Assembly: GCA_965206445.1 (NCBI GenBank)
Contig: CBDBJR010000002.1
Coordinates: forward strand, 2,568,741-2,632,740
Direction of reading: 5' to 3'
DNA: 64,000 nt
Origin: Candidatus Poriferihabitaceae bacterium
Lineage (GTDB): Bacteria; Pseudomonadota; Gammaproteobacteria; Arenicellales; Poriferihabitantaceae
The notes beneath the pieces were generated by a model. That model ran no database searches. It had not been told where the DNA came from and worked only from the letters and a program-made list of their open reading frames with translations. The number at the start of each line of letters is the position of its first letter. The stretch's first letter is position 1. Positions 10,628-20,889 of the stretch are shown one piece after another. Made by a program: the position numbers and the translations under genes.

Positions 10628-11878
10628 ATGACCGAAAAAACAGTGACCGTGGTGGGCGCCGGCATCGTCGGCATATCCTGTGCGGTGCATCTTCAGCGGG
10701 CCGGCTATCGGGTGACCGTTATCGACCGCAAAGCGCCCGGCGAATCCTGCTCGGCCGGCAATGCGGGCATACTGGCGCGCGCCGCTCTGGTGCCGATTCC
10801 CATCCCGGGCATCTTGCGCAAAGCGCCCCAAATGCTGCTCGACCCGTTGGGGCCGTTGTTTTTCAGGTGGCGGTATCTGCCCCGGATGCTGCCCTGGCTG
10901 GCGGCATATATTCGCCATGGCGCCAACGACAAGGTGCAGCGGATTGCCGATGCGCTGGCCGACCTGGTTGGCGATACGGTGGAGCAGCATCAGAGTCTGA
11001 CGCACGCCACCGGCGCGCAGCGATATGTCCAAACGGCGCCGTATCTGTATGTGTATCAGGGCAAAAACCGGTTCGACGACGACGCCTACGCATGGAAATT
11101 GCGGCTGGATCGCGGCGTCAAGACCAGCATCCTCCGGGGCCCCGAAGTGCAGGCGTTCGAGCCCGCTCTGGCGGCCGATTATGACTATGCCGTGGTGCTC
11201 GATGGTCACGGCTTTTCATGCAATCCGCAAATGCTGGTCAAATCACTGGCGCAGGATTTTGCCGCCAACGGCGGGCAGATTTTGCGCCGGGAAATCACCC
11301 GTATCGACTATGCAAATGCGACCAACGGCATGATCAGCACCCCGACCGCGAAATATCCGGTCACCCGGCTGGTGATTGCCGCCGGCGCCTGGTCGAGTAA
11401 AATTGCCGCCCGGCTCGGCAGCCCGGTGCCGTTGGAAGCGGAGCGCGGCTATCACATCACGATAGCGGATGCACAAATCAGCCTGCGCAACCCGGTTATG
11501 TGCACCCGTGGCAAGCTGGTGGCGACGCCGATGGAAACCGGCATCCGGCTGGCCGGCCTGGTCGAGTTTGGCGGGCTGGCCGCCGGGCCACGGGCAAAAT
11601 GCACCGCGACGCTGCTGCACCATGCGCAACGACTGTTTCCCAATGCCAATCTTTCCCGCTTCAGCGAATGGATGGGGCACCGTCCTTCATTGCCGGACAG
11701 CCTGCCGGTGATCGGCCGCTCACCGCATTACCGGGACGTGTATTATGCCTTTGGCCATCAGCACGTGGGCTTGACCACCGGGCCAAAAACCGGGCGGCTG
11801 ATCACCGAGCTGCTCAGCGGGGCGGCGCCGTCGATTGATCTGACGCCGTTTCGCATCGACCGATTCGGGTGCGCGTAA
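10628..11878 (+). CDS. FAD-dependent oxidoreductase (D-amino-acid dehydrogenase-like)
   Basis: MTEKTVTVVGAGIVGISCAVHLQRAGYRVTVID dinucleotide-binding fold. GGAGGA lies upstream of ATG 10628. Confidence 0.85.
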   Translation: MTEKTVTVVGAGIVGISCAVHLQRAGYRVTVIDRKAPGESCSAGNAGILARAALVPIPIPGILRKAPQMLLDPLGPLFFRWRYLPRMLPWLAAYIRHGANDKVQRIADALADLVGDTVEQHQSLTHATGAQRYVQTAPYLYVYQGKNRFDDDAYAWKLRLDRGVKTSILRGPEVQAFEPALAADYDYAVVLDGHGFSCNPQMLVKSLAQDFAANGGQILRREITRIDYANATNGMISTPTAKYPVTRLVIAAGAWSSKIAARLGSPVPLEAERGYHITIADAQISLRNPVMCTRGKLVATPMETGIRLAGLVEFGGLAAGPRAKCTATLLHHAQRLFPNANLSRFSEWMGHRPSLPDSLPVIGRSPHYRDVYYAFGHQHVGLTTGPKTGRLITELLSGAAPSIDLTPFRIDRFGCA

Positions 11879-12100
11879 TCACCCGCAGCGCAATCCGGGC
11901 ATTTGGGGTAGCAAAACGGGCACCCGGGTTCATCAAACCGACACGTTCGCCGTCTGGAATTCAACTTGCCCGGGATAGTTTGACTGGCCGGCTCCGGATG
12001 GCGTATCGCCGCTACGTCAGGCGCGTTGTGCTCGTCTGCCCCGGGGTGGCACGGGGTGGGCAGCCACGGTCAGGCGTGCCGATTTTCGTCATTCAGTTCA

Positions 12101-12133
12101 GTTAAATTTCGGTTAAATTTCGGTTAAATCCGG
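12101..12133 (+). promoter_or_regulatory. three tandem 11-bp repeats directly upstream of the pstS RBS (Pho-box-like periodicity)
   Basis: GTTAAATTTCG (12101-12111), GTTAAATTTCG (12112-12122), GTTAAATCCGG (12123-12133), preceded by GTCATTCAGTTCA. AAGGAG follows at 12135-12140 and the ATG at 12147. Confidence 0.35.
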
Positions 12134-12146
12134 TAAGGAGATTGCA

Positions 12147-13193
12147 ATGTATACAACCCTGGTTTCAATTGCGCTGATCGGCCTGGTCGGCCTCGCCACC
12201 CCGGCAAGCGCACAACAGCGCAACTATATCCAAATCGTCGGCTCCTCCACCGTGTACCCTTTTGCCACGGTGGTGGCGGAGAAATTTGGCAAGACCAGCA
12301 GTTTCAAAACGCCGATTATCGAAGCCACCGGCTCCGGCGGCGGGCTGAAATTATTTTGCTCCGGGGTTGGCATCACCACCCCGGACTTTGCCAATTCTTC
12401 CCGGCGGATAAAACCTTCGGAGCTGGCGCGCTGCAAAGCCAACGGCGTGACCGGCATCATCGAGGTCAAAATTGGCTACGACGGCATCGTGCTGGCCAAT
12501 TCGACCGAGGCCGGGCAGTATGCCCTGAGCCGCCGGGAGATTTTCCTGGCGCTGGCCAAAAACGTACCCGCCGCCGATGGCAGTGAAACCGTGACGCCCA
12601 ATCCATACCGCACCTGGCGGCAGGTCAACCCGAACCTGCCGGACATCCGCATCGAGGTGTTGGGGCCGCCGCCGACCTCGGGCACGCGAGATGCCTTTGT
12701 CGAATTGGTGATGGAGGGCGGCTGCCAATCGATCGATTGGATTGCGGCGCTAAGGCAGACCGACAAATCCGCCTATCAGGCGCTTTGCCATACGCTCAGG
12801 GAAGACGGCGCTTTCATAGAGGTCGGCGAAAATGATAATCTGATTGTGCAGAAGCTCAAGGAAAACCCGGAGGCGCTGGGCATTTTCGGCTTCAGTTTCC
12901 TCGATCAAAACCTCGACCGGGTGCAGGGCGCGCGGATAGACGGGGTCATGCCCGAATTCGACGCCATTGCGGACGGCACCTACCCGATCTCCCGGGCGCT
13001 GTATTTTTACGCCAAAATAGCCCACCTCGACGTTATTCCCGGCATGGCCGAATACATGGCCGAGTTTACCGGCGAGGCCGCGTACGGCGAGGAAGGCTAC
13101 CTCACCGACCGGGGGCTGATTCCGATGCCGGTACAAGAACGGCAACTGTTCCGGCATAATGCCGACAGCCAACGGGCGCTCGAGACGCTCTGA
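12147..13193 (+). CDS. pstS: phosphate ABC transporter substrate-binding protein
   Basis: Signal peptide followed by IQIVGSSTVYPF and SGTRDAF motifs. First gene of a pstSCAB-phoU array. Confidence 0.9.
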   Translation: MYTTLVSIALIGLVGLATPASAQQRNYIQIVGSSTVYPFATVVAEKFGKTSSFKTPIIEATGSGGGLKLFCSGVGITTPDFANSSRRIKPSELARCKANGVTGIIEVKIGYDGIVLANSTEAGQYALSRREIFLALAKNVPAADGSETVTPNPYRTWRQVNPNLPDIRIEVLGPPPTSGTRDAFVELVMEGGCQSIDWIAALRQTDKSAYQALCHTLREDGAFIEVGENDNLIVQKLKENPEALGIFGFSFLDQNLDRVQGARIDGVMPEFDAIADGTYPISRALYFYAKIAHLDVIPGMAEYMAEFTGEAAYGEEGYLTDRGLIPMPVQERQLFRHNADSQRALETL

Positions 13194-13260
13194 GCGCCGG
13201 CCGATTCGACCTGACGACCGTCGCTGCGATGCATCACCACCGCGCCATCACCAACACAAC

Positions 13261-14265
13261 ATGGGCCTGCTGAGCGGTTTATTTGTCGGCTTCATCCTGG
13301 CCCCCGCCCTGCTGATTGCCGCCCTGCCCGCCTGCAAGCGCAACCGGGCGCTGCAAAACCGCATCGAAGCGATGATCCGGGGGTTTTTGATTGCCTGCGC
13401 CTGCCTGGCAATACTGGCCACCATTGGCATCGTGCTGTCGGTGCTGTTTGAATCGATTCGGTTTTTCAAGCTGGTGCCGCTGACCGATTTCCTGTTCGGG
13501 CTGAAGTGGTCGCCGCAGACCGCGATACGCACCGATCAAGTCGGCTCCTCGGGCGCGTTCGGCGCCGTACCGCTGTTTACCGGCACCTTCCTGATCACCG
13601 GCATCGCGGTCGTCGTCGCCGTGCCGATTGGCTTGATGTCGGCAATTTACCTGTCCGAATACGCCGGCGACCGGGTGCGCACATTCGGCAAGCCGCTGCT
13701 GGAAATTCTCGCCGGCATCCCTACCGTGGTGTACGGTTTTTTTGCCGTATTGACCGTCGCCCCGCTGATCCGCCACTATGCGCAATCGCTCGGCCTGTCG
13801 GTATCGAGTGAAAGCGCGCTGGCGGCCGGCCTGGTGATGGGGGTGATGATACTGCCGTTTATTTCTTCGCTATCGGATGACGTTATCACCGCCGTGCCGC
13901 AGTCGCTGCGAGACGGCTCGTACGGCCTCGGCGCGACCCGGCGGGAGACGATCTGCCGGGTCGTTCTGCCGGCCGCCCTGCCCGGCATCGTTGGCAGTAT
14001 TTTGCTGGCGACCTCCAGGGCAATCGGCGAAACCATGATTGTCGTCATGGCGGCGGGGCTGGCGGCCAACCTGACGGCCAACCCGTTTGCATCGGTGACC
14101 ACGGTCACCGTGCAGATTGTCACCCTGCTGGTCGGCGATCAGGAATTCGACAGCCCGAAAACGCTGGCGGCTTTTGCGCTCGGCCTGACCCTGTTTATCG
14201 TGACGCTGGTGCTGAATGTGATCGCGCTGCAGGTGGTGCGCAGATACCAGGAGCAATACGAGTGA
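13261..14265 (+). CDS. pstC: phosphate ABC transporter permease PstC
   Basis: Polytopic permease with the EAA-like region SRAIGETMIVVMAAG. The start at internal ATG 13261 is uncertain. Confidence 0.85.
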   Translation: MGLLSGLFVGFILAPALLIAALPACKRNRALQNRIEAMIRGFLIACACLAILATIGIVLSVLFESIRFFKLVPLTDFLFGLKWSPQTAIRTDQVGSSGAFGAVPLFTGTFLITGIAVVVAVPIGLMSAIYLSEYAGDRVRTFGKPLLEILAGIPTVVYGFFAVLTVAPLIRHYAQSLGLSVSSESALAAGLVMGVMILPFISSLSDDVITAVPQSLRDGSYGLGATRRETICRVVLPAALPGIVGSILLATSRAIGETMIVVMAAGLAANLTANPFASVTTVTVQIVTLLVGDQEFDSPKTLAAFALGLTLFIVTLVLNVIALQVVRRYQEQYE

Positions 14266-15530
14266 ACCGGCTGGCGATTGTACGCGCCGGGCTGCACCGA
14301 CGCTATCGGCGTGAGCGCCGCTTCCGGCGCTATGGCCAGCTGTCTGTGGGCATCGGCCTGTTGTTCCTGGCATTGCTGCTGGGCACGACGCTGGCGAGCG
14401 GCTACAGCGCGTTGCAGCAAACCTATATCGCGCTGGATATTGCACTCGATGCGGAGCATTTCGACGCCGATCTGAGCGCCGCGTCATTGTCCGGGGCCGA
14501 CTACGGCGGCCTGATCAAACAGGCGCTGAGAGCCGCCTTCCCCGAGGTCACCCAACGCCGGGATAAAAAAGCCCTGTACCGCATCATCAGCAGCGGCGCC
14601 GAATATGATCTCCGGCGGCACGTGATGGATGATCCGGCCAAAATCGGCGCCACCCACCGCTTCTGGCTATTGGCCGATGACGAAGTCGATGCGCTGGTCA
14701 AGGGCAAGGTAAACAAAACCGTGCCGCAGCAGGAGCGGCGGATCAAAGACCAGACGATTGACTGGGTCGAGCGGCTGACCGCCAATCGACAGGTTGAAAC
14801 CCGATTCAACCGGGTTTTCTTCACCACCGGCGATTCGCGCGACCCCGAACAAGCGGGCATCAAAGGCGCCGCAATGGGCTCTCTTTTCGTCATCTCCATC
14901 GCCATGCTGCTGTGTTTCCCGATCGGGGTTGCGGCCGCCGTCTACCTCGAAGAATTCGCCCCTGAAAATCGCATCACCCGGTTGATTGAAGTCAATATCA
15001 ACAACCTGGCGGCGGTGCCGTCGATTATTTTCGGCCTGCTCGGGCTGGCGATCCTGATCAATTATTTCGGGCTGCCGCGATCGGTGCCGCTGGTCGGCGG
15101 GATGGTGCTGGGGTTGATGACCCTGCCGACCATCATTATATCCAGCCGCGCCGCCCTGGCGGCGGTGCCGCCGAGTGTGCGTGAAGCCGCTCTCGCGGTC
15201 GGTGCGTCACCGGTGCAGACGGTGCTGCACCACACCATGCCGCTGGCGCTGCCCGGCATGCTGACCGGCGCCATCATTGGCCTGGCCAGAGCACTCGGCG
15301 AAACCGCGCCGTTGCTGGTGATCGGCATGGTCGCATTCATCGTTGACGTGCCGTCGAGCCCGCTGGAGCCCGCCACCGTCCTGCCGGTACAGATTTACCT
15401 CTGGGCCGACAGCCCCGAGCGGGCGTTTGTCGAGCGCACCTCGGCCGCCATCCTGGTACTGCTGCTGTTTCTGGTCGCCCTGAACGGCCTGATTGTGGTG
15501 CTGAGAAACAAGCTGGAAAAACGCTGGTAA
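14262..15530 (+). CDS. pstA: phosphate ABC transporter permease PstA (long form)
   Basis: GTG start overlaps the pstC stop (GTGA). [15 protein letters not shown] permease signature. Confidence 0.9.
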   Translation: MNRLAIVRAGLHRRYRRERRFRRYGQLSVGIGLLFLALLLGTTLASGYSALQQTYIALDIALDAEHFDADLSAASLSGADYGGLIKQALRAAFPEVTQRRDKKALYRIISSGAEYDLRRHVMDDPAKIGATHRFWLLADDEVDALVKGKVNKTVPQQERRIKDQTIDWVERLTANRQVETRFNRVFFTTGDSRDPEQAGIKGAAMGSLFVISIAMLLCFPIGVAAAVYLEEFAPENRITRLIEVNINNLAAVPSIIFGLLGLAILINYFGLPRSVPLVGGMVLGLMTLPTIIISSRAALAAVPPSVREAALAVGASPVQTVLHHTMPLALPGMLTGAIIGLARALGETAPLLVIGMVAFIVDVPSSPLEPATVLPVQIYLWADSPERAFVERTSAAILVLLLFLVALNGLIVVLRNKLEKRW

Positions 15531-15552
15531 CCGCGCGCCCGCAGCCAACCGA

Positions 15553-16410
15553 ATGCCCATGCAAGACCGCACACCAACGCCGCCTGACGACCCGGTACAA
15601 CCCGACCCGGTTGATGACCCCGCATTCAAGACCGTCGGCGTCACTGCCGCCGCCGACCCGGTGATGACCTGCCGCAACGTCGATGTATATTATGCGGACA
15701 AACCGGCTATCGTTGATGTTTCGCTCGAGCTCGGCAGGCACGAAGTGCTGGCCATGATCGGCCCGTCGGGGTGCGGAAAATCCACCCTCATCCGATGCCT
15801 GAACCGCATGAACGACACGATCGACAGTTGCCGGGTGAGCGGGGAGATAAAACTGGAAGGCGACAATATTTACAGCCCCGGCATGGACGTGGTGCTGCTG
15901 CGGGCGCGGGTCGGCATGGTATTTCAAAAGCCCAACCCGTTTCCCAAATCGGTATACAACAATGTGGCCTACGGCATCCGCCTGCACGGCCTGGCCGCCG
16001 ACAAAACCGAGCTCGACGGCATGGTTGAAAACAGCCTGCGCAAAGCCGGACTATGGCAGGAGGTCAAAGACCGGCTCAACCAGCCCGGCACCGGGCTGTC
16101 GGGCGGACAGCAGCAGCGGCTGTGCATTGCCCGGGCGATCGCGATCAATCCGGAAATTATTCTGATGGACGAGCCCTGCTCCGCACTCGACCCGATCGCC
16201 ACCGCCCGCATCGAGGAGCTGATAGACGAACTGCGGCAGCAATTTTCGATTTGCATCGTGACCCACTCGATGCAGCAGGCCGCCAGGGTATCCCAGCGTA
16301 CCGCCTATTTTCATCTTGGCCGGCTGGTCGAAGCCGGCCTGACCGACGATATTTTCACCCACCCGCAGCATCGCCTGACGGAAGGCTATATAACCGGCAG
16401 ATTTGGCTAA
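15553..16410 (+). CDS. pstB: phosphate ABC transporter ATP-binding protein
   Basis: Walker [10 protein letters not shown], signature LSGGQQQRL and Walker B ILMDEP. Typical PstB C-terminus ...ITGRFG. Confidence 0.93.
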   Translation: MPMQDRTPTPPDDPVQPDPVDDPAFKTVGVTAAADPVMTCRNVDVYYADKPAIVDVSLELGRHEVLAMIGPSGCGKSTLIRCLNRMNDTIDSCRVSGEIKLEGDNIYSPGMDVVLLRARVGMVFQKPNPFPKSVYNNVAYGIRLHGLAADKTELDGMVENSLRKAGLWQEVKDRLNQPGTGLSGGQQQRLCIARAIAINPEIILMDEPCSALDPIATARIEELIDELRQQFSICIVTHSMQQAARVSQRTAYFHLGRLVEAGLTDDIFTHPQHRLTEGYITGRFG

Positions 16411-16427
16411 ACCCGACCCCCACAGCA

Positions 16428-17150
16428 ATGACACTCCCGACCGATCAACACATCTTCAAGCGCTTCGATAATGAAATGGCGCATTTGCACAGCCTGGTAC
16501 TGGACATGGGCCGACTGGCCGTGGCGCAGCTGACGGACGCAGTGCAAACCCTGAAAGACGAAAACGCCGACCGCGCAATCGAGGTCATCCGCAACGATAA
16601 AATGCTGAATGACCTGGACTTGCAGGTCGATGACGAGATCGCCCGCATCATTGCCAGGCGTCAGCCGATGGCGAAAGATTTGCGAGAAATTATCGCGGTG
16701 GCAAAAATCGCGGCCGAGCTGGAACGGTCGGGCGACGAGGCGCGCAAGATCGCCGGCCTGACGGTGCGGTTTTTCGACGCCGATGCCCCGCCGCCGAGCC
16801 GGCCGGTCCTGAACGATATATTTTTACTCGCCGAATACGTCGCGGATATGCTGTCAGTCAGCATACGGGCATTCGACCGTCTGGAACTGCAACTGGCGGC
16901 GGACGTGCTGCGCAAAGGGTTGAAACTGGAGCACGAATTGCAGTCCACGTTCCAGCGCCTGAGCGCCTGCATCCTGCAGGATGTGCGCAATGTCGCGCAT
17001 TTCATCGACCTGGTGCTGGGTATACGCGCGCTGGAGCGCTTCGGCGGGCATGCAAAAAATATCGTCGGCCATATCGTGTTTATCAAAAACGGCACCGACG
17101 TCAGACATCAAGACGACGCGTCGATACTGCGCAGCATAGAGCAGGCCTAG
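16428..17150 (+). CDS. phoU: phosphate signalling complex protein PhoU
   Basis: MTLPTDQHIFKRFDNEMAHL... and the repeated E(L)ERxGD motif (AAELERSGDEARKIA; ERFGGHAKNI). The ORF upstream of 16428 overlaps pstB in another frame. Confidence 0.9.
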   Translation: MTLPTDQHIFKRFDNEMAHLHSLVLDMGRLAVAQLTDAVQTLKDENADRAIEVIRNDKMLNDLDLQVDDEIARIIARRQPMAKDLREIIAVAKIAAELERSGDEARKIAGLTVRFFDADAPPPSRPVLNDIFLLAEYVADMLSVSIRAFDRLELQLAADVLRKGLKLEHELQSTFQRLSACILQDVRNVAHFIDLVLGIRALERFGGHAKNIVGHIVFIKNGTDVRHQDDASILRSIEQA

Positions 17151-18862
17151 CCAACCGGCCGGATGCCGACGAGGCCGCTATAGCCGGGGATTAAATCAAT
17201 CAGGTGGCGGCTGTATGCATGCGCCGGGCGTTCAAACAGCGCTTCGGTAGCGGCAATCTCGACCATCCTGCCGTTGTACATGACACCGACCCGATCACAC
17301 ATCTGCCGAATCACCGGCAGGTCGTGGCTGATGAACAGCATCGTCAGCCCGAGCTCCTGCTGCAAATCCTTGAGCAAATTGAGAATCTGCGCCTGAATCG
17401 ACACGTCCAAAGCCGAGGTCGGCTCATCGCAAATCAGAAAGCGCGGCCGGGTTGCCAGCGCGCGGGCAATCGAAATCCGCTGCCGCTGACCGCCGGAAAA
17501 CTCGTGCGGGTATTTGACCGCGGCTTTCGCCCCCAGGCCGACATGCTCGAGCAGATCGTTGACGATCTCACGGGTCTGCGCCCGCGAATCCGCCAGCCGG
17601 TGAAAGCGGATCGGCTCGGCGACAATATCGCGTACTTTCATGCGCGCATTGACCGACGAGAACGGGTCTTGAAAGATCATCTGCATTTGCCGGCGGTAGC
17701 GGTTGATCTGCTTGCGCTGGTCGAGTTTCGTCAGGTCGGCCCCGGCAAACTCGATCGTGCCGCCGACAGCCTGGTAAATCCCGGTGATCAAGCGCGCAAT
17801 CGTCGATTTTCCCGAGCCGGATTCACCGACGATGCCAAAGCACTCGCCGGGCTGAATATCGAAACTGACCCCGTCAACCACCCGCACCGCGCTGCCCCGG
17901 CGGCGAAAAACGCCGTCGGCTCTGAACGCCATCTGCAGATTCTTTACCGCCAGCAGCGGCCCTTCGCTGTGCCCGAAGTCGCGCACCTGACCGAGCCAGT
18001 GCGTGCGCAGATCCAGCGCCTTGCGTTCGCCCGCCGCCTCAATGCTGTCGACCATCGGAAAGCGATGCAGGCGGATATCCGGTCGCGGCACGGCGGAAAT
18101 CAGATTGCGGGTATACGGGTGGTCGGGGTCGCCGAGAATTTTCGCCGTCGCGCCGGTTTCGACTACCGCCCCCCGGTACATCACCGCGACCCGGTCGGCA
18201 ATCTCGGCAATCACCCCCATGTCGTGGGTAATGACAATCAGGCCGACGCGGTGTTCACGCACCAGCCCTTTCAGCAGCTTGAGAATCTGCGCCTGAATCG
18301 ACACATCCAGCGCGGTGGTCGGCTCATCCGCCAGGATCACCTGCGGCTGCGCGCACAGAGCCAGCGCAATCCCCACGCGCTGCCGCATGCCGCCGGAAAA
18401 TTGATGCGGATAGTGATCCGCCCGCACCTCGGGCTCGGCAATGCCCACCTGCCGCAGCAGTGCAACGGCCCGCTCCCGCGCCGCGGTGTTGGACAGGCCC
18501 AGGTGCGTCTGAATCGTGCCGATAAGCTGGCTTGCCACGCTTTCCAGCGGGTTGAGCGAGGTCAGCGGGTCTTGAAAAATCATCCCGATCCGCTTGCCGC
18601 GGATGGTGCGCATCGCCGCCTCGGGCAGCCCGCTGATCTTTTCGCCGGCCAGGAAAACCTCGCCGCCGCCGATGTGCCCGGGGGGATCGAGCAGGCCCAT
18701 AACCGCGTTGCCGACGGTCGATTTGCCGGCGCCGGATTCGCCGACCACCCCCAGTATCTCACCGCCGTCAACCAGCAGGCTGACCGCCCTGATCGCGCTG
18801 ACATCGCCGTGACGGGAGGGAAACTGTACGCTGAGGTCGCGGATATCCAGCAGGGCTTTCAT
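17147..18862 (-). CDS. fused double-ATPase subunit of a peptide/opine-type ABC importer (YejF-like)
   Basis: Two Walker A sites (GESGAGKST, GESGSGKST) and two LSGGxxQR signatures. ATG 18862 overlaps the upstream permease stop (ATGA). Confidence 0.88.
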   Translation of the reverse strand: MKALLDIRDLSVQFPSRHGDVSAIRAVSLLVDGGEILGVVGESGAGKSTVGNAVMGLLDPPGHIGGGEVFLAGEKISGLPEAAMRTIRGKRIGMIFQDPLTSLNPLESVASQLIGTIQTHLGLSNTAARERAVALLRQVGIAEPEVRADHYPHQFSGGMRQRVGIALALCAQPQVILADEPTTALDVSIQAQILKLLKGLVREHRVGLIVITHDMGVIAEIADRVAVMYRGAVVETGATAKILGDPDHPYTRNLISAVPRPDIRLHRFPMVDSIEAAGERKALDLRTHWLGQVRDFGHSEGPLLAVKNLQMAFRADGVFRRRGSAVRVVDGVSFDIQPGECFGIVGESGSGKSTIARLITGIYQAVGGTIEFAGADLTKLDQRKQINRYRRQMQMIFQDPFSSVNARMKVRDIVAEPIRFHRLADSRAQTREIVNDLLEHVGLGAKAAVKYPHEFSGGQRQRISIARALATRPRFLICDEPTSALDVSIQAQILNLLKDLQQELGLTMLFISHDLPVIRQMCDRVGVMYNGRMVEIAATEALFERPAHAYSRHLIDLIPGYSGLVGIRPVG

Positions 18863-19794
18863 CGCAGCTTCGGGTTCAGCGCATCCCGCAGCCAGTCGCC
18901 CAGAATATTGACCGAAAGCACCAGCACCACCAGGGCCGTGCCCGGGAAAATCGTGATCCACCACTCGCCGGAAAAAAGATAATCGTTGCCAATGCGAATC
19001 AGGGTGCCCAGCGACGGCGAGGTCGGCGGCACACCGACGCCGAGAAACGACAGCGTCGCCTCGGTAATCACCGCCAGCGCCAGTTGAATGGTCGCGATCA
19101 CCAATACCGGCCCCATGACATTCGGCAGAATATGGCGCAGCAAAATAATCCAGTCCGGCAGGCCGATAACCTGCCCGGCCAGCACGTATTCCTTGTTGCG
19201 CTCGACCATCACCGAGCTGCGCACCGTGCGCGCATACTGCACCCAGAAACTCAGGCCAATCGCCACAATCAGCACATAGATCGCCAGCTCATTGTGCGCC
19301 TCCCGCGGCAGAATGCCGCGCGCCACGCCGTCAATCAACAAGGCGATCAAAATCGCGGGAAAGGACAGCTGAATATCGGCAACCCGCATCAGAAAGGCAT
19401 CCAGCAGGCCGCCGGTGTAGCCCGAGATCAGCCCCACGGCGATGCCGATCACCGCCGCCAATGCAACCGAGGCAAAGCCGACAATCAGCGAAATCCGCGA
19501 ACCGTACAAAATAGTCGAGAAAATATCGCGCCCCTGATCATCGGTGCCCAGCAGATACGTGGCGCGGCCCTGCTCTTCCCAGGCCGGCGGCAGCAGCGCG
19601 TCAAACAGCCCCACCGTGGCCAGATCGAACGGGTTGTGCGGCGCCACCCAGTCGGCGAACAGCGCGCCGAAAACGATCAGCAGCGTAAGCACGGCCGCCA
19701 CAATCGCGCCGGGCGAATGCGTAAAGCTCCACCACAGATCGCTGTCGCGCAGCCGGGCTGCGATAGCGGCCCGCATACCGGCAGCCGTCGGCAT
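18859..19794 (-). CDS. ABC peptide-type permease (DppC/YejE-like)
   Basis: Polytopic protein of the binding-protein-dependent transport family. Translationally coupled on both sides. Confidence 0.88.
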   Translation of the reverse strand: MPTAAGMRAAIAARLRDSDLWWSFTHSPGAIVAAVLTLLIVFGALFADWVAPHNPFDLATVGLFDALLPPAWEEQGRATYLLGTDDQGRDIFSTILYGSRISLIVGFASVALAAVIGIAVGLISGYTGGLLDAFLMRVADIQLSFPAILIALLIDGVARGILPREAHNELAIYVLIVAIGLSFWVQYARTVRSSVMVERNKEYVLAGQVIGLPDWIILLRHILPNVMGPVLVIATIQLALAVITEATLSFLGVGVPPTSPSLGTLIRIGNDYLFSGEWWITIFPGTALVVLVLSVNILGDWLRDALNPKLR

Positions 19795-20762
19795 CAGCTT
19801 TGCACCCGCAGTCGGGGGTCAACAATGAAGTAGAGAATATCGACGATCAGGTTGATCACGACAAAAACGAAGGCGATCAACATCAGGTAGGCCGCCATAA
19901 CCGGAATATCGACCTCGCTCACCGCCTGAATAAACAGCAGCCCCATACCGGGCCACTGAAACACGCTTTCGGTGATGATGGCAAACGCGATAATCGAGCC
20001 GATCTGCAAGCCGATAATCGTAATCACCGGCACCAGCGTGTTGCGCAGGGCAATAGAAAAATTGATCATCCGCGGGCTTAGCCCGCGCGCATGGGCAAAC
20101 TTGATGTAATCGGTGCGCAGCACCTCGAGCATCTCGGCGCGCACCAGGCGGACAATCAGCGTCAGCTGAAAAACCGCCAGCGTAAAGGCCGGCATCAGCA
20201 GCGATTTCACCCCGCTGACGGTCAGAAACCCGGTGCTCCACCAGCCGAGATCGACCACCTCACCGCGGCCGAAAGTCGGCAGCCAGCGCAAGGTCACGCC
20301 GAAAAAAAGAATCAGCAGGATGCCGATCAGGAAAGTCGGCAGGGAAACCCCCACCAATGACAGCGCCATAAACCCGCGGCTGATCCAGTTTTTGGGTTTC
20401 AACGCGGTATAAATGCCCATCGGCACGCCCAGCGCCAATGCCAGCAGCGCCGAGACGAAAGAGAGCTCGAGCGTGGCCGGAAAGCGTTCGGCAATCAACC
20501 CGCTGACCGGTTGGCGCAGCCGGTAGGACATGCCCCAGTCTCCGCGCACCGCATTGGCAATAAACCGGCCGTACTGCACGACCACCGGGTCATTCAGCCC
20601 GAGCGACTCCGTCAGGGCCTCGCGCTCACTGAAGGTCGTATCCTGACCGACCATATTGTTGACCGGGTCGCCGACAAAGCGAAACAGGCCAAAGGCGATC
20701 AGCCCGACCACCAGCATGACGGCAATCGACTGCAACAGCCGTATGGAAACGAACCTGAGCAT
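19794..20762 (-). CDS. ABC peptide-type permease (DppB/YejB-like)
   Basis: MLRFVSIRLLQSIAVMLVVGLIAF is a typical DppB/OppB N-terminus. Confidence 0.88.
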   Translation of the reverse strand: MLRFVSIRLLQSIAVMLVVGLIAFGLFRFVGDPVNNMVGQDTTFSEREALTESLGLNDPVVVQYGRFIANAVRGDWGMSYRLRQPVSGLIAERFPATLELSFVSALLALALGVPMGIYTALKPKNWISRGFMALSLVGVSLPTFLIGILLILFFGVTLRWLPTFGRGEVVDLGWWSTGFLTVSGVKSLLMPAFTLAVFQLTLIVRLVRAEMLEVLRTDYIKFAHARGLSPRMINFSIALRNTLVPVITIIGLQIGSIIAFAIITESVFQWPGMGLLFIQAVSEVDIPVMAAYLMLIAFVFVVINLIVDILYFIVDPRLRVQS

Positions 20763-20889
20763 TTTCGCTCCCTCGACTTACACGCGGTTGTCAGCGCGGC
20801 GGCGGCAACCCGCAGGCCGACGCGACTGACGGCGCCGCGGATATGGGTCGCATTGCCTCACCGCAGGGCCGCCGTTACCGCAAGCCGAA

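Noticed and set aside
10379-11209. N-terminal 277 aa of the 379-aa minus-strand ORF
   Set aside because: Only the last 102 aa form a sensible signal peptide plus CxxCH cytochrome. The rest is antisense to the FAD oxidoreductase gene and is low-complexity.
16053-16427. N-terminal extension of the PhoU ORF
   Set aside because: It overlaps pstB in another frame and is Arg/Pro-rich. PhoU-like sequence begins at ATG 16428.
17147-17150. Convergent phoU and ATPase genes sharing a palindromic CTAG as overlapping stop codons
   Set aside because: The overlap is real, but it is a trivial consequence of tight convergent packing, and no further structure was seen.
17204-18982. 592-aa plus-strand ORF
   Set aside because: It is a shadow ORF antisense to the double-ATPase gene and has no recognisable motifs.
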